NCBI GenBank assembly: GCA_002633005.1
Contig: NMRA01000291.1
Span: 264,825-328,824 of the forward strand
DNA from: Phoronis australis
Lineage: Eukaryota > Animalia > Phoronida
DNA length: 64,000 nt
Direction of reading: 5' to 3'
The notes under the pieces are model-generated. The model worked only from the letters and a program-made list of their open reading frames with translations. It did not search any database and was not told the origin of the DNA. The position numbers and the translations under genes are program-made. This document shows positions 50,098 to 63,874 of the stretch, piece by piece. Position 1 is the first letter of the stretch; each line of letters starts with the position of its first letter.

Positions 50098-53035
50098 CTA
50101 CAATAGAACAAGCGGGATTTGTTTACACAAGGCGACAACACCGACAGGGCCAAGGACAAGGTAAAGGAGAAAACAAGTTTCCGAGCACTAGTTGGTTGTT
50201 GTTGTTATTTTTGTTGTTGCTGTTACAGCTATTGTGGTTGTCGCTGGATGAACCTATTACCACTGCACAGTGTTCAACATACTTTGCTGGACAAAATCAC
50301 TTCTCTGCTAGTCCAGCTGAAAAATATGATTTAAGGGCAATGAACTTATTCCGTTTTCAAAAGACTTCAATTTGAGAGGCTTTTCACTAACCCAGACATA
50401 TAAATTTCACATTTTTGCAAGAGGTACATCTGTTTACTATGATAGAAGGTTGTAAAGACTAATTTGGTGTCCCAGATTTTTGCAGGTTTGTAGTATGGCA
50501 GGCAAAGACCAATTTACAAGATACAAAATACGAAACTTAATAACATTCAAGGATAAAAAAGCTGTGTCAAACCCCCTTAACAGTATTGCTTTCAAACAAA
50601 AAATTCCGTTGAGAGTGACTGATTAATCGAGAATTTATGGTAGCCAGGTAGTAATAAAAATCACCTCCTTGGAAACTGAAAATTTTTCTCTATAAACGTC
50701 ACTTACAGTAAAAATAGTATTTTCTGCGCAAATTAAGGTGAGCATTTCCAGTTGAAAATCTCTGCAAGACCCACGAGACAAAAGGGCGAAGAAGACAAGT
50801 AGAACAACATGGGATTCATGGAGAATGTCTCGCGTAAAACCCACATAATACGAAAGAAAAGACGACAAACGGTTAATACAACAACTGCAGACAACGGACA
50901 AACATTATAGGAAGAGACAGCCAGATCTGGACAGAAGTTTGGCGGACAAACACGGACACGAGCTTCTCTAAGAAAAAGTAGCAACAGCGTACCCAAGATG
51001 GACAACCTCAAGATATTTGTCACGTTAAATGTTTAACGATCTTACATGTTACAATGAGTTCCCTTAGTTTCTAGTCTTGGACACAAAAGGCCTGTACTAC
51101 ATTTGTGCCAAATATGTGCATTACAAATACCACACAGTCAGGCACTGAAAATTTGAAGCACATTGGGACAAAATTGACGGTTAGAAAAAACAAATTATGG
51201 TGGATTCAAAGCTGGAATGTTTGTATTTATATCTCACTGAGAGTAATCGTCATTTCTTTAATTAAATTATCGCTTGTCCAGAAACATTAGCCACTTTGGA
51301 GATACTGAGTTATGACGTGTTGATTGTGAATAGTGCACTTTTGTGAGCCAGATGAGTTAACTACAACAATTAGTAAAATGACAGCCTCTTGATCAATTTG
51401 AAGTTCTATTAAATGACATCATTCAAAAACCCAAGAAAGTGTTCCCTTACATCATGTTCATACTAATTGCAGAAAATCTACAGAATTTATATAAGACTAC
51501 AAAATAGACTGAAAAGATGTTGAAAATGGATAGTTTTACAGTGTTGCTACACTATGAGAGAGCGACGAGAAACGGTCGGAGAAAGACATAAGGGACAATA
51601 CCAAGACAGTGGTGACAGAGGTCAAAGGAGGGGTACAAAACGTGACACTGGGAGATGTTTTAAGCACACAGTCATATGAACACTCGACTCAGAGAACAGG
51701 GCATTTAACTGCTGAGGTGTCACCTGAAATCAAACTAAGTTTGTATTAGACCAAGTGGAAACACAGCTTGTGAGTCACAACTACAATGAGCACGCGCAAA
51801 ATTTAAATAGTTCTAAACAAATGGCTAGTGACCAAACAGGTGCATTTTTAAAGGAACAAATTGAAATACAGAGCAACATGTGGTAATATCTCAAAATCGC
51901 ATGCGGATAAACTGTCTGCATTCGGGGGCATTACAATATCCATGACATTTTAAACATGAATATCATTTACAAATTGATGAAACTTTGTACGATACTACTC
52001 CTGGACACAAGTCCGTTTTGAATGTAAAAGGATTTTACAGAAAGAGAAATAGAGTATCTCCTTTAAAAGAATTGTAACTGTAGAAAAAAGCATGATTTGA
52101 ATTTGAAGTGTTAATAACAATAAAACATGGCCTGATGGGAGAAAGTAAAGAACATAAATGCCAGAAGGAAACAAAACATGAAAAATAAGAAGAGAGAGAA
52201 CACAAAATAAGAAGGTCAACAAATAAAAAGTCAGAAACTTGATGATTTAAGGGGCAATAACGCCACTGTTTCAGTTACAAAACAACTTCTGATTTAGACC
52301 GCTTACCGTTTACAAAATTGGTCTACTCTTGTTCCCTAACTTAGATGATAAGAAATGATTTCTAGGATTCAAAAGAAGTGACAGTGTCACCTGCAGCGTG
52401 GCTGGCAGGGGATTCTATCAAGCACTTCATTGCAAAGGATAAGAACATAGAGATATTACTCGAGAAGGATTGTGCTAAGAATGTCACTTATGACACTAAA
52501 GCAGCAGCTTTCAAATTTCTGCGTGACTAGGAAATAAAATGCATTGAGACCAAAGAATGGAAACACAAGGAGACAAAAGACGCGCTTCAAGAATGAAGAT
52601 CCCTTAATAGCCATTAAGCATAGCCAAAACTCAATTAAATTCCTGAACTATTTCAGACTATAAAAAATTACTATTTACAATGTCAATATTTAAGCGGCAA
52701 CAAACACGCCTTTCGATGAGGTAACAAACTTTTTGTTTAGATCGTGTACGGCCAAAAATGGTTACGTCCGACTCTTTGTTCGGATGAGAAGTGATTTCTG
52801 TGCTTAGAAACACGTGACAGGGCATTATTGTTCGAAACCCATTCTCAGCAATATAATGGCCTGCCTTAACAAGTCACCATCTGGAGTCTGTTCTCAAGTA
52901 ACAACAGTCAGGTAAGAGATAAAGCCAAACTTGACTAAGGAACAAGTCGAGACCAGTCAATAAGTGGCCTAAATCAAAAGTTAGATTTTTGATTGAAGGC
53001 AAGTTTATGGCCGCTTGAAGTTAAAGAAAAGTTCA

Positions 53036-53801
53036 GGTAATTATTTACAATATGACGACATTGACTTACACATATGATTTTGGTATTGTTCGATTCCTTT
53101 CATCGTTATCGTTCCAAAAATATATGAATGTATCCCCTACCGCGTTTCCTCCGTATTTTATCGTCGAATTTCGGTTCGCACTATTTCCCGATTGACACCG
53201 CCATGTTAGCTCAACTCAAGATTACAGCGACACCCGTTGTTAATGAATGAAACAGCATCCTCGATTCTGAATGGTGTTTGCCCGCGTGAGATTCCCGCTA
53301 AAGTTTTCCCGACATAATATGGAGAAACATGTAGCGGCATTTCACCTTTTCCAAATTTTTTATAATTGTGACCATTTGACCATTGTTTGAAGTGAAACCC
53401 TTTTCACCAAGTTGGACCTCAAAAACAACCTCCGCTTTTTCGTGGATTCTTGCTAGCAGATGTGTACCAGGGTCACCATAGGATCGAATTCGAACCCTTG
53501 GGACCGTAACTCAGGCAGGGGATAGACGGGTCTCGGTCAATTTGAACCCATGAAAAGCGACAATCTGCAGAAGTCAGTAGATTAGTTCAGTTTTTGACCG
53601 CCAGGTGACTCCTTTCATTCCAACATGGCGTTGTTACTACTGAGTACCGGGAAATAGTGAGAGCAGAAATTTCACAATAAAATACTAAGGGAGCGGGTTA
53701 GGAAAAAATCGTTGTATTTTTAGAACGATAACGTTGCAAGGAATTGAACAATACCGAAATCATATGTGTAAGTCAATGTCGTCATATTGTAAACAATTAC
53801 C
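53036..53801. mobile_element. Long-TIR non-autonomous element (Mutator/foldback-like)
   Basis: TIRs ggtaatt(a/g)tttacaatatgacgacattgacttacacatatgattt..., highly similar for about 85 bp and degenerate to about 180 bp; flanks aagaaaagttca / aataaaagttca. Confidence 0.8.
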
Positions 53802-54481
53802 AATAAAAGTTCATGACTAAAACTTTTTAAACACAGAAATCACTGGCTTTCTGTTGACAGTTTGAAGTAATTGCTTGAATGAAGATAGGAGACTAATGAA
53901 GAGTTTCATCGCAAAACAATTTATCCTAGTTCAAACTTTGAAATTTCAATATAATTGGTGCATATTGCAATATGGAAAGATAAGTGTTTCAGGACACTCA
54001 TCAAAATAAGATATCTTGGGCTTTGCTGAAAAATGATTAGATTGTTTTGGTAAGTGGCTAAAAGGACACTGAACCCTGTTTTGATGATTTCAACCAATCG
54101 TCGTTGTGTCACCTACTAATGCATCACTGGCGTCTATCTTACAAGGAAGGAATTGACTAAAAACTCATACTCGCTGTGTCACAGATTGGACATTATGGTC
54201 CTCGGTGGGTGGTCTTTTCCCACAGTTGCCGTGTAATTGGCTAAAAGTGTAAGTCACACTTGCAAGTTTAGCGGACTTTAAAAGTTTTCAAATTTTACTC
54301 TCAACTTTTGAGGGTTGACTAGGGTTACAAAGCATTATTTTGTCTCAGAGAACTTGACAGGATAATTGATTTTAGTATTTGTTCATAGGCCAAAACCGGG
54401 TTTGATATCCTTTTAATATAAACTTTCAAATCTGGCGGGTATCTCCTTCTCCAGTCATTGATGAAACTTTTCAAACGGTAC

Positions 54482-54606
54482 CTGTTCAATCGTTGGTGAT
54501 TTGCAGTCGTCAGACGGGTTATTTAAGTTATTAAATGCCGAGCTACTGCAGTTGTCTTTCTTCCATTTCGGAGAGCGCGGAACTCGCTGGTAAGGATCCA
54601 ATGAAC
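54482..54606 (-). CDS. STXBP5: Tomosyn exon
   Basis: (G)SLDPYQRVPRSPKWKKDNCSSSAFNNLNNPSDDCKSPTIEQ; ends in phase 0. Confidence 0.9.
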
Positions 54607-55340
54607 CTGCACGGATAAGAAAGATCGATAACTACTAACGGAAGTCCCTATGTCATAAAGCTATTCTGACCTATGTCTTATCAAGCATTTAGATCACAGA
54701 ATGCTTCATAAAGTAAAAAGTTTCATGACAACAGACACCTTTTGTCAAACACAGTCCTTTATGTATTTGAATTTTGTTAGTTCGACCGCTGCAATGAAAG
54801 ATTTATGGCTGGTTCGTCAATCCATTGCTGACACTTTGCTGTATTAAAACCAGGAACTGAGTTCTGCAGACGCAAGAACAACTCGAAGGAAGTTAATGTG
54901 ATCACAAGCTTCACGTGTAACAATACACGGTGATATCTTGTAAAGTCATGAGTTCTCCCGAAATTCTAGCCTCAACAGAACCCACGTCTGTTATATACTC
55001 ACCTACCATGATTTACACAACTTAGTCGTGAAATTGGCCTTAACTTGTTCCTCATTCAAATTAAAGGTGATTTCATGAGAGCAAGGTCAACATGTGGGCT
55101 TTTCATGGCAACGTTATTTTACAAGCTAAACATGGTCTCGAGCAATAATTTTCCAAGCCCGGTTACCACTGTTCAACTGAGTAAGAACATGTTGTGACCA
55201 ATATTGTAGTAGAAATTGGTTTAAATCAAATGCTTGTTTTTTAACGAAATGCAGGTTTTTAGCAGCTTTAGTGCACCACCTCTGTCAGGAGACAACTTGC
55301 AGAGACATAAAACAGCACTGTATCATAAATGTTCGCTCAC

Positions 55341-55429
55341 CATACAAGTCTGGTGTAGCCATGTTTAACAGACAAATCTTCTGCATTGTGTCGACTATAG
55401 CCAAACCGTGTTGATTGCCAAAAGCCAAA
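55341..55429 (-). CDS. STXBP5: Tomosyn exon
   Basis: LAFGNQHGLAIVDTMQKICLLNMATPDLY. Confidence 0.92.
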
Positions 55430-55970
55430 CTGAAACAAAGAGAACATCTATAAGAATATGGATATTATAAAATATCTCAACTTGTCTCAAGTTAGTTTTG
55501 ACATAACCAAGGAAAACGTTCACTCATTTATCAACACTTGTCAAAGTTTAAAGACACATGCAGTGACACCTATGTTTTCAGTGGAATCTTGAGTGAGTTC
55601 TCTAAGAATACTTTCAGCTTATTTCAATATTAAATAAAGTCTGCATCAATTTCAGACAAGGTCTAATTTTTTGAAAAGCTGCACAAAGACAATGTAAGCA
55701 AACTAATTGAATTTTGCTGGCCTCAGGTGCGTTTTCTTGTTTGTAAAACTACTAAAACATAACTAAAGTCATTTCACACCACTCAATAGATTTTCAAAAA
55801 AAAAGAAAAAAAGAAAGTCTACTTTTTGGCCTTACACAAAACACTTGTTGCATTTTTTGTGTTTTACTGAATGTACATTTCATTGAGAAAAACAATGTTA
55901 GTAGCATTTCAAAATAATGGAATGTTGCTAGATTTTTACATCAGATCAAAAACCGGAAATGACAACTCAC

Positions 55971-56116
55971 AGGCCATAAGTAGAGTTGAAAGAGATACTA
56001 GTTATGTTTCCGGGAGGCTCCCCATCATTCCATGTTAGCAGACAGACCAGATCCGGCTGATACCCCGCATTCCACTTCCTGGAGCCAGACTTCACACGGA
56101 CACTGGTCATATTCTC
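55971..56116 (-). CDS. STXBP5: Tomosyn exon
   Basis: ENMTSVRVKSGSRKWNAGYQPDLVCLLTWNDGEPPGNITSISFNSTYG(L). Confidence 0.92.
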
Positions 56117-56683
56117 CTAAAAACAGGACACCACAGGATGATTTCACTAACACAACACTGAACTCTGTAGGACTCTGCCTTTGATATGTAATATAAACTG
56201 AACATACTGGCTTAAAAAGGAAACATGAACTATAAAGTAGTTTAAACAATGCCTAGTTTCCTCAAAGTAAAGGTAAACCCCATGACAATAAAGTTAAAAG
56301 AACAGCCAACCTTTTATAAGAAGGGTGGCATTTTCAAAAATGTCTTTTCAAATACAGACATTCATTCCATGGAAACATCATTGTACAAAATGATTCCGGA
56401 AACCAAAATGCGTGCATGAAAACAGGAACTGGGACTTTGTCGTCTCATAAACATGACTTTTTCTCCCCAAAACAGTGCAATTTTCAATGAAGATCAGTGC
56501 TCGATTTTACTGTGAACAGTGTACAGAAATATTAAAAGTATTAGCTGAAATATTTTGGTGGCCGAAATGTGCTAACCTCCAGACGAGGAAATATTTTGAC
56601 ACTTTTATTAAGGATTGTATGCAATTCTGAAACCTCGCTTTAACACGTCCCATGCACAAAAAGTTGTTGACTGGCCTACGCAC

Positions 56684-56857
56684 CCTGTTAGCGCCATCTG
56701 AGGCATTGCTTGAGAACGAACCCATGCTAGATGTCTGTGACTGCTGCGTGCCCAGGTGGGGCGGTCGAGCCGAGGGTGGTGGCGTCAGCTCGTATGTGAA
56801 CTCTGGTGAGTCGACCAGCTCATCATGGTTTTCATAGACGATAGAAATCTCCAAATA
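56684..56857 (-). CDS. STXBP5: Tomosyn exon
   Basis: YLEISIVYENHDELVDSPEFTYELTPPPSARPPHLGTQQSQTSSMGSFSSNASDGANR. Confidence 0.88.
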
Positions 56858-57821
56858 CTGACAACGGAAAAATCATGTGACATTTAAAGTCGAGACCACT
56901 AAATCAGAGGTATTAAATGAGATCATTTACCCAAAAGAATTCATTGTTTGAACAGTAGTGTTCAAATATTCCTATCAAAAAACAAAGAAGCAACACAATT
57001 GCTTTCGAATTCCCTGATACTGTGTTCACATGCTGTTCGATTAGACTTCTGATCCGCCATCTCATACAATTTTGCGTGTGAACCCTCGACAGACATCTTG
57101 ATCAGTCATCGTACTATTCGACCCCTAATTAGATAGCAGATCAGCTCTCTTACTGCAAAGAGCCCAGCGATTCCAATGATAAGATTTGTGGTTAGGCTCC
57201 GCTCACCCATGGTGACTGATGTGATTCATCAGAATATTTCCATATTACACATTTAATGTTTAACTAATTATTCACAAGGCCACAGATAGGATGCCTTAAG
57301 TTTGCGAATGATTGTGTCTGATCTGCCTCTGATCATACATCTTGTCTGCTTTCTTATAAAAATTCTACATGAGAACGCTACATCACAGGAAGTATAATAT
57401 TGTCTAATGCAAACACGTCTGCTGAGGTCAAGAAGACGTCTGCTCGGTTTGCAAAAAGTGAACAAGACAGCTGTCAGTAGAACAAGAAGCTGGTCATTTA
57501 TCCTGATAATAACCCTTCAACACTTCTCAGTTACTTTAACTGTAAACATTCAATTACAGTGCTGTGTCTTTAAGCAAAATTTCAGGACAAAAGCAGTTGA
57601 TCTCAGACATCCCAATGAAGTGAAAATGTGTATACAAAGATGCATTCATTATGAGCAAACCAGCCAATCGGTTCCATCCTCAACGAGAGCCATCAGCTGA
57701 ACTAAATCGGCAACGCCCGTTTTTGTACACGATTAATTGCAACCTGAGCACAGGGAAATGTTTGAAACTACAACCTCTAATATGAGGTCCAATTTGACAG
57801 TTCACAACACTCAAGACTCAC

Positions 57822-58074
57822 TGGTATCTCCGCATGCATCTCTTGTTTAGTGAACTTAAACAGAATGACATGCGACGTGCCAGCTACTGTCAGTATACGA
57901 CTGTCCCCGTCAAGGTACATGTGTTGAATGGCAAACGGATCCTCATCCTGCAGTTCTGGGTTCTCACGGTCTTTCTTTCTATTGCGCTCAAATACTTTGC
58001 TGGTCATCACCTTGTACAGGAGTTGTAGGGTGACTGTGGAGGCGTCCCAGATGCGAATTGAGCCATCCGCGTGG
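57822..58074 (-). CDS. STXBP5: Tomosyn exon (WD40)
   Basis: HADGSIRIWDASTVTLQLLYKVMTSKVFE...EDPFAIQ...FKFTKQEMHAEIP. Confidence 0.93.
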
Positions 58075-59337
58075 CTGAAACACAATTACACTAAGTACAA
58101 AGTTCTGTATCTTGAAAGTGACTTGACCCTTCAGTCAGAAATTTGATCTTAAACTCCACACAACTATTTCAGAAAAATAATTAAACCTCACTTGATCAAA
58201 AGTACGGTCTCTGAGAATATACACAAAGCTGCTAGTTACTGAGATAACTTCTATTGATATTTCAAGACTTTGATACACTGACAATTAGTTGACTACATGA
58301 TTTTAGAGCAATACATCAGATTTTCAAAATGCACAAACAGTTAGCAAGAATATGCCTGTGGAGGTACTTTTGGGTAGGCCTATTTTTGGAAATTCTTAGT
58401 AAGAAGAAATCCCAGACATACATTTTCAAATAACAGAGCAGTGAACAGAATTTGAAGGGTTTCATGCAACGCCATGTGGAAGCCGCTGCAATCTCTGTGA
58501 AACCATTTTTTAAACCAGTCATGTAATTGCAAATGGTTGGACATTATTTTTGTTCACACAATACGTTTCTAGAGTAATAATCATCAAGGATTATAAAAAC
58601 ATAGGACTTCTTGGGTAAAAATTGGTAGATTTGAAATAATTTGAAAAAAATGAAGGTAGATATTTATTTACCTTTAAGAGAAAGCAATAAATCAACTAGT
58701 CCTTTGGTTACTTATATCCTAAAACTGTTCCCTGGGAGGGGATAGGATATAAACTTTCAGGAAGTAGCAGCGAGTTTTGTGGACAGAAACAGCGATTGTT
58801 CTAACCAATCATAAGAAAAAGTCAAACATTAAAGTTGCTATGTTCCTATGCTTGCCTGACTTTCTTCTACATTGAATGTTGAAGCGATATTGAAGGTTTT
58901 ACAACCAAAATGTACTTTTGGGATAATTGTTGGACGGGATAGACTTTTTGAAGTTATTAGTTTTGACCAAAGCTACAAAACAACAAAACCCATTGTGTTC
59001 TTGTAACCGTGCTACGAAATTCTCGTCACTGCCTTCTGGACATTCACTAAAATCAAGACCTGTGACTTAACCAATTAAATATGCTTAAAATACCGTGCTA
59101 TTTATCAAGTATGATTCAGCTCAGTCAGCAGAGCATCGGAACATGATCGCAGGGTTTGCAAGATCCATTCCACTCTGAAGCCGAGTTCAGAAAACCATTT
59201 TCCGCACTGACAATGTTTGTTTAGTGTGACTTTAAAAACACTGGGGGTCTATTGCATTGCAAGGCACCTTTGGTTGTCGTTAGCAGTAATATTTACCCTG
59301 TGAGTACAATTTGGTTAACTTCAACAGTAATACTTAC

Positions 59338-59405
59338 CCTGTGAGTATAATTTCAGAATAACTACAAGACGAAGTGCCCCATTCACCCCCTTTGATTGGC
59401 CACTC
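59338..59405 (-). CDS. STXBP5: Tomosyn exon
   Basis: EWPIKGGEWGTSSCSYSEIILT(G). Confidence 0.92.
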
Positions 59406-59798
59406 CTGGAACCAATCAAAAATGATTACAACATGGAAAAGACAATCATGCACAATAACAAACAAAGCCAACCAACTACCAACTGAAGTAATATGAATAT
59501 TCTAATTACTGACAAAGAAATCATATATGGAATTACCCTCAAACAATAGCTGAAGAGCAATCTTTAAGAATTTAGAAAATCAACCAAATAAACAACTGTA
59601 ATATACACAAATCAGCACCACCTATTGTCAGTTTTTGCCTTAAATTAAGATCGAATTCGTCTAAATGTAAATGGATGTGTGGTGTATGCGTGTTTGAGTG
59701 TGCCTGTACATGTGACCGTACTAGCACAGAGATTTAGAACAAGTCTTAGCTATTCCTATTACAAACACACGTGGAGGGAAGTTCACAGCAGGACAGAC

Positions 59799-59946
59799 CT
59801 TGTCACTGAAGCCAGCCTTCTTCTGCCTGGAGCCCACCGAGTAGAATGCTGGGATGAGATTGCCAGGCGGGTCTGCGTAGTAGGTACATGCTGTTACGGG
59901 GGACTGGTGCAGACTCATGGCGTAGGGGTTCTCAAAGCATGGGTAC
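59799..59946 (-). CDS. STXBP5: Tomosyn exon
   Basis: YPCFENPYAMSLHQSPVTACTYYADPPGNLIPAFYSVGSRQKKAGFSDK; donor AAG|gtctgt. Confidence 0.92.
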
Positions 59947-60935
59947 CTGCAACACAAAACACACCCAGGCTGTTACACAGGCCAGACGGTGACGTTGGTA
60001 ACACAGTTCCCATCCATATTGTAATTTCATTTGCCATTTGACTTTCATTAATTTTTAAGGACATTAGACATTAGCAGTCACTTTTGCTAATAACTGCCGT
60101 CATGCGAAACTAAATGTATGAACTTGAAAAAGCACAAACAAAATGACAAATTTCAAATATTTAGCTATGTCAGGAAATTTTCAATGAGTGTTACTTGTGA
60201 GTTTTTACCCTTCTTTCATTTTTTATGCGATTTCTACACAACTGGGAACTAAACTATCCCTCTGGCAATTTTTAAGCTTTCTGTGAGTTGAAATCATGTG
60301 AATTTTATTCAAAACAAAACTGTAGCATTGAGTTGCAACAAAGTCTTTGGTGACCTACAGATGATCATGAAGGTTATGAAAAGGGTTGAGAAAGTCTTTC
60401 AGATACACACATTGATATGAGCCACACAAGGCTTCATGAGAACAAAGATGCTATAAACACACCTGCCTCCTATCAAAACAACTTCCGACTTTGGCCACTT
60501 ACTGTCAGTTATAGAACTAGTCTCAACTATTTCCTATTCTGAATAGAAAGTTAATTCTGGGCTTGTCAACACCCGCACATAAAATGACCAGCTAGGACAA
60601 GACAACTAGTTGAAACTTCCAATTTTCCTATTACCTAGAAATCAATTCCAACCTAAGCAAAGAACAAGCGGAGGCCTGATTTACTACCAAACAGTAAGTG
60701 ACATAACTCAAAAGTTGCTTTTTTGTCAAGGGAAGGTAGTTTCTAGCAGATTTAAGTGCAATGTTCTGGCTTTTGTTGGTGATCTCACAGCAAACTTCTA
60801 CTGATTAACAGCAAACTACTTCTAATAAAACTTAAAAGCACACACACAAGTTAACCCGTAACAAGGGGTGCAACCACACACAAAACAGGAAAATAACTTT
60901 GACCCAATTGGCAAACACATCAGACAGTGGCTCAC

Positions 60936-61008
60936 CCTGGTGTGAGTAAGTCCACAACAACCAAGTCAGTCTGCAGAAGTACCACAATGGCATACGGGTC
61001 ATGGAAGT
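60936..61008 (-). CDS. STXBP5: Tomosyn exon
   Basis: FHDPYAIVVLLQTDLVVVDLLTP(G). Confidence 0.92.
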
Positions 61009-61575
61009 CTACAAAAGAGATTTGTGAGTAATTGTTGATCTCACCTAACAAGAGTGTTTCAATTCACAATTCATTTGAGAAACTGCAGGTACTTTTGAAG
61101 ATGGTACCGAGCACTTATATCATGTAATCAAAACTATCCATCACAGTAGAAAACTCAGTAAGATGGGCTCACATTCAAAACACCTACATCACACTCCTCA
61201 CATATTTTGTTGAACGGGTAACATAAGGACGTCCAGATGATGACTGGCTGATGTACAATCTGTTTCTCTAAGCAGTTGGCAGCTCCTTACCATCATCCTC
61301 TAACATTCAGGAACCACCTCATTGCCACGTTTGACAAAATTAATATACGTGACCAGCATATTCAAGACATCACCTTGAGGTGTATTAATGAATACCTCAC
61401 TGAATTCAGAACATCCACACTGTAATTCTAAGATGAAGTTCACCTACATACTAACACTAACACAGGTCCTTGCTTTGCTAAAGGATCAACCAATCAGCCT
61501 GTGTGAGTTAACTACACAGTCACTTATGTTGATAATGCTGACCACAAAGGACCACTCTAAGCTTGTGCAACTAAC

Positions 61576-61730
61576 CGTTGTGCCACGGTGATCGACTAAG
61601 AGTGATGAAGTCAACAATGTTGTGGTCCATCTCCAACACTATGGTGCTCTGACCATGCACCACTGAGATACTAGGGGAACGGCTTGTCCTGTCGTTGGGC
61701 ATCCCACCAGAGAAGATAACAAATGGCTCT
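61576..61730 (-). CDS. STXBP5: Tomosyn exon (LLGL domain)
   Basis: EPFVIFSGGMPNDRTSRSPSISVVHGQSTIVLEMDHNIVDFITLSRSPWHN. Confidence 0.92.
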
Positions 61731-62103
61731 CTGGAAATGTAAGTAACCAGTGCTCATTGGAAAAGGCTAACAACAATGCGAATAGGTTTGATGTAAGTGA
61801 AAAATTGATCTCACAGTGGAGAAAGAGAATCGGAAAACAAAACTGGCAGCATATCAGAGATAATTATGTAGAAAAAAATCTGTGAGATTTTGTCATGATT
61901 AAAAAGCTGCTAATCCCGTCAACATAAGGAAAGGCGATGACAACTGAAGTCGAAGTATAAACAATTAATAAATGAAAACAGCTTTTAACGGTCTTCAAAC
62001 GAAAATGAGGTAGGGTGTTTTTCTAGCTCGAAAGAACAAAATGAGTACTCTTTAAGAGCAAAATCTTTCCAACCACTTAAAAAATGAACGGCATAAAACC
62101 TAC

Positions 62104-62179
62104 GAGTTCTTGACAGATCTCCATTCCACTTTGTTGATTGGCTTACACGCGTCCGGCTTGCCGTCTCTCTCATGTCTTG
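62104..62179 (-). CDS. STXBP5: Tomosyn exon
   Basis: RHERDGKPDACKPINKVEWRSVKN(S). Confidence 0.9.
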
Positions 62180-62735
62180 CTGAAAACAATAAGCAACAGA
62201 AAATGCAAACACACGACGACAACTCTTTTACCATCGCGAGAGTATGAAAAAGACTTCTACATTTAATCAATTTCAATTGTGGTGGGCATGACGAGTTGAG
62301 CAAACAAAAACGAAGTGCAACTTCTTCCCTTCACCAGTCTTCTGTGGTCACAGTCGACTTTTTTAAAGGAATCAATTGAACATCCCACAGCACTACAAGG
62401 ACACTTTAATAGCATAAAATTGATAAAGTGTAAGCATAAGTGTAAGTCTAAGTGTATTCTGATTCTAAGTCACATGTTCCATGATCACACTTGCAAAATA
62501 GGCAACTGCTGTCATCAGTCTCCGTCATAAAGTTCAGTGGAGACAGTCTCACCAAGCCCTATTGTAAAACTTTAATGGTCAATTTGATCAAGAATGCATG
62601 CTGTAGTCGCAAGAATCTCGTAAAAAAGCAAGATCAAACAAGACCACAGATCATGCGAGTGAAAGGTGAGTGTTTTGCACGTATGGTCGAAACCTTAATA
62701 GAGCACCCTAGCCAAATGGCAGTCACTGACAGAGG

Positions 62736-62912
62736 TGATTGGTCAGGATGTGGAATTATGATATAGAATTCACTGTTTCCATTCCACTAGCAATGATTGC
62801 TCAGGATGCTGAATCGTGATATAGAATTCACTGTTTCCATTCCACTAGCAATGATTGGTTAGGATGTTGAATCATGGTATAAAATTCACCGTCTCCATTA
62901 AACTAGCTATGA
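62736..62912. repeat. 58-bp tandem repeat x3
   Basis: tgattggtcaggatg...atagaattcactgtttccattccactagcaa. Confidence 0.8.
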
Positions 62913-63430
62913 CTTCTTGTCGCAGGTGCTTCACGAGCATCCGAGGCCCAGGGAATGAAGCCCAGGTGGGGGATCAGTGGTCAATGGAGGTTATGATGAC
63001 TGTGTAACCAGATGGTCACCAGTCTGTTGTAACAAAAGATGTCTAGACTCAGAGTTAACAAAATGTTAAACCAAACTGTCTGGTTCTTGCAAGATCTGTT
63101 GCTGGCAAATATCTTGGCTCTGGTCATTTCTGGTGAAATATGGCCCTGTTAAGCAGCACATTCCCATGTGCTTATTGGATGAGAATGCTACCCACAACAT
63201 TAGTGCAATTTGTGGTAATTGACCTAAGATGCACACCTTGAGAAAACTCCCGTGTGTCTTTGCTATAGCACTGTTCCCCGAGCCACAACGTTTGTAACTA
63301 AAGTAATGTGGTTAAACATATCAAATGCCAGACACTGAAAGTCTACACAACAAGAGGTATCTAACTTTTGGCTGTAGACACCAGGCAAAAGATGTCATTT
63401 TCTCAAGAACCACCATGTCTCCTTGCATAC

Positions 63431-63554
63431 CATGTGGCATGTTGACGGCGACTGGCTTTGCCGGCTGTTTGCAGTTCCATGTGGTGAGACTGCCGTCGGT
63501 GTGACTACACATGAACTGTTTACCCTCGTGGTGCCAACAACACGACTTGAGTGC
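63431..63554 (-). CDS. STXBP5: Tomosyn exon (most 5' exon found in window)
   Basis: ALKSCCWHHEGKQFMCSHTDGSLTTWNCKQPAKPVAVNMPH. Confidence 0.93.
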
Positions 63555-63698
63555 CTGCAATTAAATCATGAAATGGTGAACGAGGAATTGTACAGAGAAA
63601 ATGTCAGAGCTTAACACTTAAAGCTGTTACTAAAAAGATTCATCTATTCAGAATACATAATAAATATGAAAAGCAAAATTCTTTAGACTAAACAACAA

Positions 63699-63874
63699 AA
63701 TCGTTACCATGGTTTGACGGTCATTCTTAAAACTGATGTATGTCGAGTACACAGCATACAACACCATTCTACGGGGGAATCAAATTTCTAGCTCCACCCA
63801 CTACGAACATGACATCACAAGTTCAGGTACTCGACATACATCAGTTTGAGAATGACCGCCGAACCAAGGCGATT
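63699..63874. mobile_element. Small foldback/MITE-like palindrome
   Basis: ggtttgacggtcattcttaaaactgatgtatgtcgagtac...gtactcgacatacatcagtttgagaatgaccgccgaacc. Confidence 0.65.

Noticed and set aside
49716-50375. 219-aa plus-strand ORF
   Set aside because: Antisense shadow of tomosyn exon A with no recognisable motif.
51625-51723. Possible exon after atttcag (VTPQQLNALFSE...) on the minus strand
   Set aside because: No convincing donor before the stop codon and no homology recognised.
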